A stretch of 36,903 bases of DNA from Salisapilia sapeloensis CBS 127946 (GCA_023334545.1 JAADVB010000192.1:1-36903); one strand, 5' to 3'. Positions 10,420 to 22,896 are shown, counted from the first letter of the stretch. The notes: a model not told the origin generated them from the letters alone. Translations and numbers: made by a program.

Positions 10420-11492
10420 ATTCACTGGATACGAGAGGAAAGGGAGGGAAGTATGGCAATCCACAAATGAGCTCCGACGGTCCTTGTCTTTGTTGGATAT
10501 AGAAAAGCGACGCCGGGTGTCAGTGACAACGCGTCGCGGGCTTTTTGAATTTTATATTGAGTTTTGTATGGAAGAGGATGTGTCGGATCGAGCGACCAGA
10601 ATGACTGGGCGAAAGTATAGGATTGATGCGGCTTTTGTCAGGTACCACAATGGACAAAACCGCGGGAAAGGAGGGCGAGGTTACCAGAACCAGTATAGAG
10701 TAGAGCTTTGTGCTGGTAGACGGTTTGCAAAGTGAAGATTGTCGACTCTGGTATACAAGGCCCACGATCATAAAGCTATAGTCGATCCTTGTATCTGTTT
10801 AGATGCCAAAGGTGTCGTTGTGGTGCTTGCTCTTATACGTATAGTTTGGACCTGTTCGCTGTTGGAATTAGGTACTCGATAGAGGTACCTTTCATCTGCG
10901 CTCTTCAGTTTGTGAGAGTACAGATTAGGTTACCATGCAAATATATTTCTCTAAATTGAACGCGCAGCTTGGTCGTACATCTATCTTTCATCAATTTTAA
11001 ACTTATTGCGTTATTGCTCCATCCATGAGTATGGAAGTCCTCTTTATTTCTCATGAAGGAGCAAGCTCCTGTATTTGTTTGGTAGTTTCAATGACCATCA
11101 TAAAGGTGTGCAATCCTCTGCATGAGAACCCCGTGCTCTAATACCAGAGTAGCAAGAACTTTGAACACTGCATCGCCAGTGCAACTATCAACATACTGAT
11201 GCTACTACCTGTAGAAATGGACTATCTTGGCCAGGAGTGTGTACTTCAAGTTCATCTCCATCGCTTTGGCTCGCACTGTGCACTAGGAGCTGTACAAACT
11301 TACCATACATCAGCCCAGTGCAAAAGTAAAGAGCATCGTACACATTGGGTACAACTGTGAGCGTCAGCCATCGTAAACGGCAGCGAGCCAAAGGATCGCT
11401 ACATGACTGTATCCATTTTCGGGACATCTTGTCCATATTGGTACGATAACGGTACATGAGCCGACATAACGTTCGATTGAAGAAACGCAGCA

Positions 11493-13332
11493 ATGGCCCA
11501 AGCAGGAGAAGAAGCGACGCCCACGAGCACTCCAACCACCGACGCTGACAATCTCATCCAGGTCAACGTTAAGTTCTTGCGAGAAACACCATTGACGCTG
11601 CATGTACCACCGACCATTGCAATTCCAGCGTTGAAAGCGCAGGTCTGGACATTGCGCCAAGAGCAGGATCCACATGCAGAGCAGGCACAAAGCGCTTTGA
11701 GACTGATATACCGCGGTAGGGTATTAAAGGACGAACATCAGCTGATTGACTACAACTTTGTGGATCAAGACACTATCCATGCAGTATTACGTCCGACGCC
11801 ACCTCCACCAGCATCAGAGAGCACGTCGGAAGCTTCCAATACGCACTCTCGTGAAAATGCAGAAGCAGATCACCAACCTGCAGGAACAGCAGGATGGAAC
11901 CCACCTATTAACTTGGTGCAGCAAATGATGAGTGCTACAATGCTACCAGGCATGCGATCTTTTCTCAATCCGTCCATGGCGACAACAGGCACCAACACAA
12001 GTGGGGCGACAACCAACGCAGGTCCTCCCCAAGCCACTTTTATGCGCTGGAGCTTTCCTGGTAGTGGATCTCCTGCACCAACTCCGACACCAGCCACGAC
12101 AAGGCAAACAGAGTCGAATACACCTTCGTCCACGGGACAAACGGAACCCAATACACCTTCAACAGGTGTAACCTCTGCACTTGTGGAAGAGCAGGCAGCT
12201 TCCTTGCGTCGTACGATGCCTGCTTTACCACTAGGAAACTTGTCTCAGCCCTCGAATCTGTCCGATGAGCTGTATGCACTTGGAAACATGACGAGAGAAG
12301 TGTCCGATACGGTCTTGGCAATGCATCGTCAGCTCCAGTTTGTCCAGACGAGACTGCAGCGAGCACATGAGCTGACGAGTCAAGAGCAGCAGCAGCTCCG
12401 GTCTCGAATGACGCAGCTGCGACCTGTTCTGCGGTACATGAGTCAGTTGATGGAGAATACAGACCGCGCGTTTGGCGCTAGCTCGTTGCTTCATGAAGGC
12501 ACGCCGCCTAGCACGAGTGCAGAACAGAATCCGGGAGACGTCTTCCAGCAGATCTTTAACGGCATCAACCAAAACGTCTCCAACGGCAATGCGAATGGCA
12601 TTCCACCAGAGGCTGGACAGTTCATTTCGAGTATCTTGGGAAGCGTCAGTAGTGCTTTGAACCCAAGTCAGACGCAAACGACTGCGACTGGAGACGACGT
12701 GAGAGTCCCGGAGCTTCCGATTGCCACACTGCTGTCGAAAGTGAAGTTGACACTAGAGAGTGCAGGCATTGGAAACACAGAGGAAGATGCGTGGCTAGTG
12801 AATGTCGTACTTCCAACAGTCTATCATCAGCTTCGACAGGAGCTGCACGTTAGTTCCGATGCGAATGGGGATCTGAGGAAAGAGAGATGGTGTGGAAATG
12901 CTGCTCAGGAACTAACGAATCATGTTGGCGGCTTTGTTGAATTAAGCAGACGAGAGCAAGGGATGTCTGGTCGATATGTCATGTCGGAGGAGAAGAAGAA
13001 TCAGACCAAGGAGCTTATTACGCAGATTGTGGACACTTGTCTTGGATCGCAGGATGCCTCTAGCTTGAGGTATGTCTGTCTTGTTTTGATTTGATAGGTA
13101 TGTGAATACTTATACGATGTGTAGAGCTACGTTTGTGACGTTGCTGGAGCTGATGAAGGACGAACTGAGAGAGATGGGTCCGTACCATTCGGTAATGGGG
13201 ACGGCGAGGTTGGTGGCGACCATGTGGGAAGTCTTTGGTACGACGGCTATTTCGGAGCGACTCAAGGAACGGACGACGACAGTTATTGCACAGCTCTTAG
13301 GACAGCAGACGGAAGTGCAGATATCTAGTTAA
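11493..13332 (+). CDS. Ubiquitin-like (UBL) domain protein, BAG6-like architecture, 2 exons, about 594 aa
   Basis: Exons 11493-13069 and 13125-13332 with a 55-nt GTATGT..TAG intron. N-terminal UBL (IQVNVKFL...LRLIYRGRVLKDEHQLIDYNFVDQDTIHAV) followed by a Pro/Thr/Ser-rich region and helical segments. The BAG6 relationship is inferred from architecture only. Confidence 0.72.
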
Positions 13333-14020
13333 GAAGTGTGGAGAGGTAAGTAGCCGTGCAGCTTCTTAAAAATTGTCGTTTTCGTCCAAAATCAGTTATA
13401 GGTACTTTGGATTCCTATAGCTTTAGTTGATGACTATTTATTAAAGCAACTTGATTTGGTAGCCATATAATATGTCTGCCTTAGTGCTGAGTGGTTAGCG
13501 ACTAGTGGGAAGCGATGAAAATGTTGAAATCATGCTAACTTGGTTTCTAAAGTAGACCAAGGCAGAGACCCTAGGTATCTTTAATGAAAACACTTGAGGA
13601 AATCTAAATAGTTGCCCTTAGACTCATGCAACGTCTTAGTCCATTAGCCTCTAGATCCTGTCCTTTATGAGTGCCACACATGCCTTGGGCGCTGCCAGTT
13701 TCCTCATCATTTTCAAACGCTAAAGACACTTGAAACAAAAAATAGGCTATGGATTTCAGCACCATAAACTACTTTCCTATGAATACACAAACCATCCTAG
13801 CTGTCTTTAAAATCCATCGGACTCAAGTAGATGGAGTATTAATAGCAAGGCGCACGTATCTTTCCCGAAAGCAACGTGATCGCATACTCCATTTCTAAAG
13901 AAATGACACAAATTCTTTTCTTTGTCATCTCGATCCTAACAGTTACTAACTGTTAAATAGGAGAACCGAAGATCTCGATCAAAAAAGCACCAAAGAGACT
14001 GGAGAAAGAAGACGCTCGAG

Positions 14021-17000
14021 ATGGCTGCCGCTGCCGTCGGAAACTCCTGTACGTATCCTTCGATCACTCCCACCCTCTTGCCCACGCCAGATAGTCTCTC
14101 GTGGGCTTCAAAGTACCATTTACTGACGATCATTGGCTCTCTTTTCCTCTCTTCTTGCAGCTGTTGGCGTTCTAGCGCTTCTCGAAGAAGAAGACAATAC
14201 ACTCAAGGTACGCCACCTTCTTCTCTCATACCTATACAACCACATCACCTGACGCTTGCTCTTTATAGACGCATGCTCTGCAGCAATTGCACACCGTCGT
14301 CGATCGGTACTGGGCTGAGATCGCCGACTCTGTGCCGTTGATCGAAAGTCTGTCAGACGATGACTCTTTCCCAAACAAGGAGCTCGCAGCAGCCGTTGCT
14401 TCCAAAGTACCATCGCACAAATCATACCCTACACGCCTATATCTAACGAATGTGCTTTTACTAGTGTTTCTTCCATTTGGAAGAGTACGATGATGCCCTG
14501 CGTCTCGCCCTCGGTGCTGGCAAATACTTTGACATTAACGCCAGGGACCAGTACACCGACACCATCATAGGTACTAGCATTCGTTGTTTATCCTCTAGAA
14601 CATACTTTTCATCCTGTCTTACAACTTAGCTACGTGCATTGATGAATACATCAGTCTGCGAACAAAGTCCGACGATGACGAGGATATTACTGAAAAGGAG
14701 ATGGATCCGCGCCTTGAAGCCATCGTGGAACGCATGTTTGAACGCTGCTACGTCTGTGGCGAGTTCAAACAGGCCCTCGGCATCGCTCTCGAAGCCCTCC
14801 GACTCGATCAAGTACATTTTTTTAGCGCAACTAGCTCGAAACACATCTAATGTCTCTGAAAAGGTCAAAGAAGCACTGAAGCGGTCGGCGGACGTGCACT
14901 CGGCTCTCTCGTACGCCTTCGACCTGTGCCGATCGGTGGTCACTAGTCGCGACTTCCGCCTCCAAGTGGTTCAGATCATGGTCGACGTCCATTTGGAGCA
15001 ACCTTCTAAAGATCTAGCGGCTGTGTGCCAGTGTCTGCAGCTCTTGAACAACCCAGAGAAGGTGTCGTCGATCCTCTTGGACTTGATCAAGTCTGGCAAC
15101 CAGCACGACCTTCTCGTGGCTTATCAGATCGCTTTCGACTTGTCGGAGAATGAGAACCAGAACTTTTTGCTCCGTGTCCATCGTCTCCTGTCTCCATCCT
15201 CGAGTGAAGAGACGAAGGAAGAAGAGAGTCCGGAGATGGAGAAGCTCAAGTCCATTCTCAGCGGCGAGTTCGTCGTCGACCTGCAGCTCGACTTTCTACA
15301 CCGCCAATCCCACAGCGATCCTCTCCTCATGAAGACCATCAAGGACGCCGTCGAGAACCGCAACTCGGTCCTCCATCACGCTGCTGTCCTCTCGCACGGA
15401 TACTTGAACGCCGGGACGACGGACGACAGTTTCCTCCGGAACAACCTCGAGTGGCTCGGCAAGGCATCCAACTGGGCCAAGTTCACTGCCACCGCATCTC
15501 TCGGTGTCGTCCACAAGGGCCACGTCCGAGAGAGTATGAACCTTTTAGCGCCATACCTTCCTCAAGGCGGCGTCTCGTCCTCTCCGTACTCTGAAGGCGG
15601 CGCGCTCTACGCCATGGGCCTCATCCACGCGAATAAGGGACTCGCGGGAGAACGCGGGAAGACGACGATGGAGTACCTTCGCAACGCCCTCCGCAATTCT
15701 GGGTCGGACGAAACCGTGCAGCACGGAGCGTGTCTCGGCATTGGTCTCTGCGGCCTTGCATCCCACGACCTGGCAGTCTACGACGAGCTGAAGAACGTCA
15801 TGTTCACAGACAATGCGGTGGCAGGTGAAGGTGCTGGTATCGGCGTCGGACTCCTCATGCTCGGATGCGGTAACCAGCAGGAGCAGTACGCTTCCATCAT
15901 CACCGACCTCTTAGCCTATACGCATGACACCAAGCACGAGAAGATCATCCGAGGTGCCATGATGGCCATTGCCTTTATGATGTACGAGACGGAGGAAGTG
16001 GCAGATGACTTGATCGAGCAGCTCCTTCGAGACAAGGACCCGCTCGTCCGCTACGGAGGCGTCTACGTGACAGCCATGGCGTACGTCGGCACCTCGAACA
16101 ACAGCGCTGTCCGTCGTCTGCTGCACATTGCCGTCAGTGACGTTGCCGACGACGTCCGTCGCGCGGCTGTCACCTGCCTCGGTTTCGTTCTCTTCCGGAC
16201 GCCGGTGCAGGTCCCGAAACTCGTGAGTCTGTTGGCCGAGAGTTTCAACCCGCACGTCCGATACGGCTCGTGCATTGCAGTCGGCATGGCGTGTGCCGGT
16301 ACAGCCAAGAACGAAGCGCTGCAGCTTCTGGAGCCGTTGCTAGATGATGCAGTCGACTACGTCCGCCAAGGAGCGCTGATGGCAACGGCCATGGTGCTCA
16401 TGGAGGAGAGCGAGGCGCGTAGCTCCAAGGTGAGCGCGTTCCGGAAGCGTCTGCTGAACTTAATTTCCGACAAGCACGTGACGACCATGACCAAGATGGG
16501 AGCGATCCTGGCGCAAGGTATCTTGGACGCTGGTGGACGCAACGTGGTCATTTCAATGCAGAGCCACACTGGGTTCACCAAGATGGCAGGCGTCGTCGGA
16601 CTCGCACTCTGGGCGCAGCACTGGTTCTGGTATCCTCTCTTCCACTTCCTCGAGCTGTCGTTCTCCCCGAGCATGAGCGTCGGATTGAACAAGGATCTCA
16701 AGCTCCCGAAGGACTTTAGTCTGACGTGTCATGCCAAGCCCAGCCACTTTGCTCCTCCGAAGATGATGGAGGAGAAGAAGGAGGAAAAGAAGGAGCTCGT
16801 GGCACAAGCCGTGCTGAGTACGACGGCCAAGGCCAAGGCGAGGGAGGCGAAGAAGCAGCAGGACGACAAAGAGGATGTGGAGATGAAGGAGGAAGAGCCG
16901 GAGAAGACCGAGGAGCCGGTGGTGGAGAAGAAGGAGCCGAACTCGTTTTCGTTCACGACGCCGGTGAGAGTGACGCCGGCGCAGGAGAGCGTCGTGACGT

Positions 17001-17200
17001 TCGATACCGACCAGCGCTACGCGCCTGTGCTAGGTTTGCACTCGCAACGTCCTGCTGGCGTCATTATGCTGGAGGACAAGACGCCGGACAAGGAAGAGGA
17101 TGTGGAGGAAGTGCAGAAACCGACAGCTGCCGGCACGGAGGAAGAGGCCGACCCGCCAGAGCCGTTCGAGTGGACACTCCCACCGTCCTCGACGCAGTAG
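14021..17200 (+). CDS. RPN2: 26S proteasome regulatory subunit RPN2 (PSMD1), 6 exons, 945 aa
   Basis: Exons 14021-14048, 14161-14207, 14269-14406, 14465-14570, 14630-14811, 14864-17200 (2838 nt). Motifs WAEIADSVPLIESL, NWAKFTATASLGVVHKG, PC repeats, FNPHVRYG, ILDAGGRNV, and C-terminal EEADPPEPFEW. Confidence 0.97.
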
Positions 17201-17424
17201 GTCGATAAGAGACGGAATAAAAAGAGCTTTGAAAGACAGTAGACTAGTACTTGATGCGTCATGTGAGACTTGAGATCGTTCTTGTTCCAACAGAAAGATC
17301 GTGTGGATACCTCCGTCCACCGTATGACTGAGTAAGATTGCGCGTTGATATCCTGAACGGTAGATGCAACCAGAAACCTTCCTAGCCAGCGAAACGTGCA
17401 CAAGCAAAAACAAGTTCGCCCGTC

Positions 17425-19003
17425 ATGAGCTCCAGGGACGACACGCCGTATGAGCTAGAGACCAAATCGCCTATTGCGAATGCTGGTACGAACCTCTTGC
17501 CACGCACTATCGATGACTCGGATGGCGCTGCTACGCTCTACAAGGACGTCGAGTCTGTCGTTGGACCGACCGATGACCTGTCGTATATCCAGCAGCTATT
17601 TGTGGTCCTGCGACCGAACTGGACGAAACACGCGAAACAGTTTGTGCGTGTGCAGGAGGTGTCTGGTGCTTTTGGAGACATTGGGACGTTCCTACCGTTG
17701 CTGACGGCACTAGCGGTGGGTAGAGTGGATGATGAACCACAACTCGAGTTCGGACCAGCGCTCTTCTTTGCCGGATGCTTCACCGTGCTGCTGTCCACTT
17801 ACTTTAATGTCCCGATACCAGTACAACCGATGAAAACCATTGCTAGCGTTGCCATTGCAGAACACTTTCCTCGAGCACAGATACTGGCGGCAGGCATCTT
17901 GGCTGGAGCCTGCGTCTTCATCCTCGCGGCCACCAACCTCATTACGGTCGTTGCAAAGTACATCCCGCTGTCCGTCGTGCGTGGCATCCAACTCGGTGTC
18001 GGCTTGAAACTGATGTTGCAAGGTGTCGATAAGGCGTATGTGAAAGAGCTGACGCTGACACCTGCAGATGATACCAGCGTATTTAGTGCCTCCACAAAAG
18101 CCGATCCTGGCATTGTCTGGTTTGGCATGGACAGCGTCCTCGTGTCGATTATGGGTGGCCTGGTATGCGTCGTTTTCATCCAGAGTAAGAGAGTGCCCGT
18201 GGCTCTCGTTCTCTTCACGTACGGCATCATCATCGCCATCGTCCAGTACTTTCAGCTGAAAGATGACTACCATCTACGCCCACTGTCCATCGGTCCGACT
18301 TTCCACGCCCCAATCATCCCGACGGCTCATGACTTTCAAGAAGCATTCATCCATCTCTTCTTGCCTCAGATCGCATTAACATTAACCAACAGTGTCGTTG
18401 CACTGGAAAGATTGGCGAAAGATCTATTTCCGAACCATGACTCGCCTGCCAGTGTCCGTCGAGTATGCTTTAGTATATTCACTGGTACGTATCTTGTATT
18501 CAAATGTACTCTATGCTGTTCTAATCGTCTTATTTTCCACTCTAGGTGACTTTATTCTGTGCTGGTTTGGTATGATTCCCGTGTGTCATGGCTCTGGTGG
18601 CCTTGCATCCCAGTATGCATTTGGTGCGCGTAGCAACCTCTCGATGCTGTTTCTCGGAATCTTTAAGCTATTCTTTGCTCTCCTCTTTGGTTCTTCCTGT
18701 CTGGTTTTACTCCAGACTGGCATCTTTCCTTCTTCCGTATATAGCTATGTGTCATCCAAAAATGAGTTCTTACTAAGCGTCGGTTACATGTAGGTGCTTG
18801 GAGTGCTGCTACTATTCGCTGGAGCTAGTTTGGCTGGAGTCGGAATGAAAATCGATTCCAGCGATACGTATGAAACGCTAGTGGTCTTGATGACAGCTAC
18901 GACGAGCATGGGACTAAACACGGGTGCAGGATTTTTGGTCGGCATTGTCGCGTATGGGACCTCGTGGGTCTTGCAACATTTCCAATGGCTGGAGAGGATG
19001 TAG
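17425..19003 (+). CDS. MOT1: Molybdate transporter, MOT1 family, 3 exons, 486 aa
   Basis: Exons 17425-18484, 18546-18736, 18794-19003. Signature motifs SGAFGDIGTFLPL, PIPVQPMKTIA and PVCHGSGGLASQYAFGARS; many TM segments. Confidence 0.9.
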
Positions 19004-20614
19004 ACATCGGAGTTATAAGCAATAAGATGAAAAATCTTTAAAGTGGTAAGCGTGGATACGTTGCCTCGTACACGATCAATCGTGGTAGAACTTTGGTATT
19101 AGGCCGTGCGACTAGGACTGGCGGCAAGGTGAGCTACTACTGACATGACTGCACGGGCGACAATGTCCACCTAGGACAATGCCTCTTTGAAATGTTCAAG
19201 CGAAACGCCGTTGAAGTAGAGTGCATGTTGATACCAACATGGCAGTGGACACGATGGACACTCGCGGTCGGACACGACATCGCCGTAGCGGGTCGTCTGG
19301 GCAAAAGTCAGAAATCTGACTTTTAAATTGTGTATGCAATCGAAGCGAAATATGGATTTTATGGTACATTCCCATACAATTTCTGGTTTATGCATGCAGA
19401 TTTCAATGGTGTGTCGGGCGAAGACATTTGTGTATGATGGACAAAGTATGACGAGGCTTCACAATGTGGCGATGCAGTTAAGATAGCGCAACACGTGGGT
19501 CAAGCGGAGAAATAAAAGGTACTTGCGAACGAGACAACTTTGTCAAACAAAAAGGTCGAGGCAGAGGCATGAATCGTTGAAGCGGTATTTACTTCGCTGC
19601 TCGGCGTTCCTCGGAGCTTACCACTTTGCGACAGCTTTCTTTATTTTTGGACGGGAGGTAGAAGATGTTCTAAAAAATTAAGCAGGATGCGATGCCCGTC
19701 TCCTTTAAAAATTCTACGTGTACTGCCGGTGCTTGATTGCGCGTACGATCTTCCAATCGTGCCACATCGGGTTTTGCTACCAGTCATATACACAAAGCTT
19801 CGCGGTCTTGATACGCTCTTGAAGCGAGTAAGCAGGAGTAGTTTGGTTTGTACGAGTAAACTGTCTTCCACCGTCTACTTCGAGCATCGAAAAAGCTCGA
19901 ATGCGTCTCAGATTTCTAGAACTTGAGGTCAACTTCAAGCGTCTTCGTGCCCACGTTTGCGATCTTGGCGCACGATCCGTCTTTGTAACGAAGCAGATAA
20001 GTTTATATGAAGCAAACGCTCGTTTGTTATGAGTATATTTTGGATAGCCGTTACCATAGCAAGGAGGTAGAGCATGCTCTGCATTTCCACACTAATTATT
20101 AGATCTGGTGGACAAAAAGGCAGCTATGGTACTGTCTCCTGGATCACGAGACCGAATATTCGCGACACTGATGTGCATCGAATTCAAGGGTTGAGGCACC
20201 AACATTCGCATGCGCTAAGACAGGTACCGCTGCATATTACCCGGACAAGCATAAATTAAAGCATGTAGACTTCGACCGATACTTATGACGAAATAGTACC
20301 GTCATTCACATAGTACAGCGAACTTCATATTTGGCTGCGTTACTCATATACTTTGTCCCTGTCGCTCTCCGTGCGACTTCTGCCCACCATAGCCTGTTAA
20401 AGTGTATATGCGGATAAGTGAGCACGCTCCCAGGCATCTCGACCCACCTGCTCGGAAAATATCAGAGGCCACATCCTTGGCGACCAACGGAAGTTGTATC
20501 GTAACCTACGCAAGTGAGACAGCAGTTCGAATGGTGTTTTCTAAATCTGGAGAACAGACTTCGACAGATGGGCAGTCGATCATTTGCGCTGGAAGACGCA
20601 GCTAAGACGCTTGG

Positions 20615-20631
20615 GCTCCATTTGCCAACTT
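20615..20631 (+). promoter_or_regulatory. Putative oomycete Inr plus FPR core promoter of the Myb gene
   Basis: GCTCCATTTGCCAACTT just upstream of ATG 20639 resembles the described oomycete GCTCATTYYNCAWTTT element. Motif match only. Confidence 0.4.
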
Positions 20632-20638
20632 ACCTGGT

Positions 20639-21484
20639 ATGGACCGAAAGCACCCGCCGACACCACCAAAGGTATATAGTCTAGACACCGTCAGGCAACA
20701 AAATGAAGCAGAAACGACCGCAGGAATGGATGTCGTTATGAATGGCATGTACGTCGGTGACATGGACTACAATCCGCCAACCAGTGGACCGTCCGCAATC
20801 CAGGACCTTCGGATCGATGCTCCACAACCGAATCAAACGGATGCTAGTGAGCACAAGATGCCAACGCCAGGTAGTGACACCAGCACAGAGCTACTGGCCG
20901 ATGAAGAAGAAGTGTTCGATCCGAACGCTCTGCACGACATTCGTCGCGGAGTCTGGACGAAACAAGAACACGAGCGCTTCCTCGAAGGACTCAAGATCTA
21001 TCCGAACGGACCGTGGAGACTCGTCGCCGAGCACGTTGCCACTCGTACCGTTCGACAGACAATGACGCACGCTCAAAAGTATCGTCAGAAAGCTGCTAGA
21101 CGGTTACGTGGCTTGCGTACTCGGCAAGCTGTCGAACGTATGAACGAAGGGCATCAAGTGATCGAAGAGAGTTTGATCCACGAACAGCTTCGGACGATGG
21201 CAAAGGACAGCAACGCGCCTCGACCGATGGGCATCAGCTACTCTCCGATGCATTACACTGCTACGCTACAAGAACATGAACAAGCAATGGAAGAAATGCG
21301 GAATCAGACGCGGGCAGAACAGGCGGATTGGAACCGAGAAGCACAGCAACGGACAGGTGAAGATATGATACGTACAAGTGACGACGTGGATAGTACCAAA
21401 GGACAAACAAGTAGTCACACGAGCTCATCCAGAACGAGCTCTGAGCAAGAAAGTGAGAAGTACGAGTGGCGAGGGTCTGGATGA
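20639..21484 (+). CDS. Single-repeat Myb-like transcription factor (SHAQKYF class), 281 aa
   Basis: RRGVWTKQEHERFLEGLKIYPNGPWRLVAEHVATRTVRQTMTHAQKYRQK, flanked by low-complexity regions. Confidence 0.9.
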   Translation: MDRKHPPTPPKVYSLDTVRQQNEAETTAGMDVVMNGMYVGDMDYNPPTSGPSAIQDLRIDAPQPNQTDASEHKMPTPGSDTSTELLADEEEVFDPNALHDIRRGVWTKQEHERFLEGLKIYPNGPWRLVAEHVATRTVRQTMTHAQKYRQKAARRLRGLRTRQAVERMNEGHQVIEESLIHEQLRTMAKDSNAPRPMGISYSPMHYTATLQEHEQAMEEMRNQTRAEQADWNREAQQRTGEDMIRTSDDVDSTKGQTSSHTSSSRTSSEQESEKYEWRGSG

Positions 21485-22302
21485 CCAAATGTGAACGACG
21501 TAGAAATATCGAGCATCGTCGTCGATCTCCGTATCTTGGTAGGTTTCGATGTACATGTCTTCTCTTCACGATCGTGAGTTTAATTCGTGACAGACAGAAC
21601 GTAGAATAGCTGAACGAGTACTATGAATCTCACTCTTCGATTTATGTCTTTCCTACTTGCCTTCGCGTTAGATTCCTCCATCTGTATCCTAGCAGTATAG
21701 AAAAGAGATCTTGTTCCTTTTATGGAAGCGTGCCGCACGTGAAAAAAGATTGAGGAATTCATGTGGTAATCGACGTATGCAGTCATCAACCTCTACACCT
21801 TGATCTCTCCGTCAATCCATGCTAAATTATGCCACAAGATAGTTGTAGGCGCTCTGTCTGGGTTTCACGTACGGCTGCAGTAGGCACACAATGAGGACGC
21901 GTTGAGCAGCTCTTTCCAAGTCTAAGATCTTGCAAGGTAGCACTCATGGAAATCCAGGATGATGACGCGTTGTCCAAATTATGCAGTAACCTAGATTACC
22001 GACTGGCGTACGCGCTCCCTAGGCGCGATAAAGATCTGCTTCCCACCCACAAGGTGGCTTTTGGGGAGGAATAGAAACGCTTTGGCTTCCTAGGCAAACG
22101 TACGTACCACAGGTGTCCATTGGAGCTGTAAGGATACTACTAAGTGCTTCGGCTAAGCACGCTTAAAAATGGTAATCTATTTAGGGAGAACTCGTATGAA
22201 GGACTCGTCAAGTTAAAGTTGAATACTTGTTTAGTCGGTCGCATATGTGTCTACGTGCAATCTTTTGCCTATCCATTACAGCTCGTCTCATTCGACCGGA
22301 AT

Positions 22303-22896
22303 CTACAAGTCGGCAACATTGATGCGTTCGTACGTGTCGTCCCCAGTCTCCAACGACGTTCCATACAGCTCAACGTAGAGCACTTGCGGAATAAAGGCAC
22401 TCGAGTTGTCTGTTTGGACGTAAATCTTCCACAGCCTGGACTCGACGCTGTCAATGTCGACTACGAGTACCAGTTTCTGGTCACTATCAAACCTTAGCTT
22501 CCCCTTCCTGCTCGGAAGTGCGTTCAGGCTTACTTCAAAAACATCTTCCAGTCCATTGTCTTTGTCCTTTTGAATGACTTTGCTCGAATACCCCCATGCA
22601 AGCCTCCTTTCAATCATGCCAGTGCCATTGGACGTCGGGTGGTCCGTCCAACCATAACTCTGCCATTTCATCTCGAGTGGATTCTTCGAATCCAACTTGT
22701 GCTTGCTCTTGTCCGAGTAGCGAGCGTAGCACACTACAAGCTGTGCGTTTTTGCTGCGCTCAAAGAGGAAGAGCCGGTCGTGATCCACGGACAGGTAGGA
22801 TGGCCACAAACGCGTTTGTTCGTGTTTAGACTCGGTGGTGGCAGGATAGTCATGATCCGGGAACTCGTCTGTGAAGTAGTGTTTTTCAGACGGCAT
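22303..22896 (-). CDS. DUF4833-like protein, 197 aa
   Basis: Likely start MPSEKHYF (ATG 22896). LFLFERSKNAQLVVCY, NPLEMKW, IERRLAWGY and VLYVELYG resemble DUF4833 motifs as I recall them; an HMM search is needed to confirm. Confidence 0.62.
   Translation of the reverse strand: MPSEKHYFTDEFPDHDYPATTESKHEQTRLWPSYLSVDHDRLFLFERSKNAQLVVCYARYSDKSKHKLDSKNPLEMKWQSYGWTDHPTSNGTGMIERRLAWGYSSKVIQKDKDNGLEDVFEVSLNALPSRKGKLRFDSDQKLVLVVDIDSVESRLWKIYVQTDNSSAFIPQVLYVELYGTSLETGDDTYERINVADL

Noticed and set aside
11188-11535. 115-aa minus-strand ORF with a GTAAGT donor-like site upstream of the UBL gene
   Set aside because: No recognisable domain, it overlaps the UBL start, and I could not build a coherent spliced model.
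13091-13103. TAG|GTATGT recursive-splice-like site inside the 55-nt intron of the UBL gene
   Set aside because: The sub-introns would be only 28 and 27 nt, and using the second donor alone includes an in-frame TGA (13092-13094).
19171-19990. Short ORFs with coding-like or Cys/His-rich fragments, possibly a transposon or pseudogene remnant
   Set aside because: No family motif, terminal repeats or target-site duplication could be identified. A TBLASTX or Dfam search would decide.
20074-20259. GQKGSYGTV resembling a kinase glycine-rich loop
   Set aside because: No VAIK, HRD or DFG motif follows in any frame I read; likely chance.
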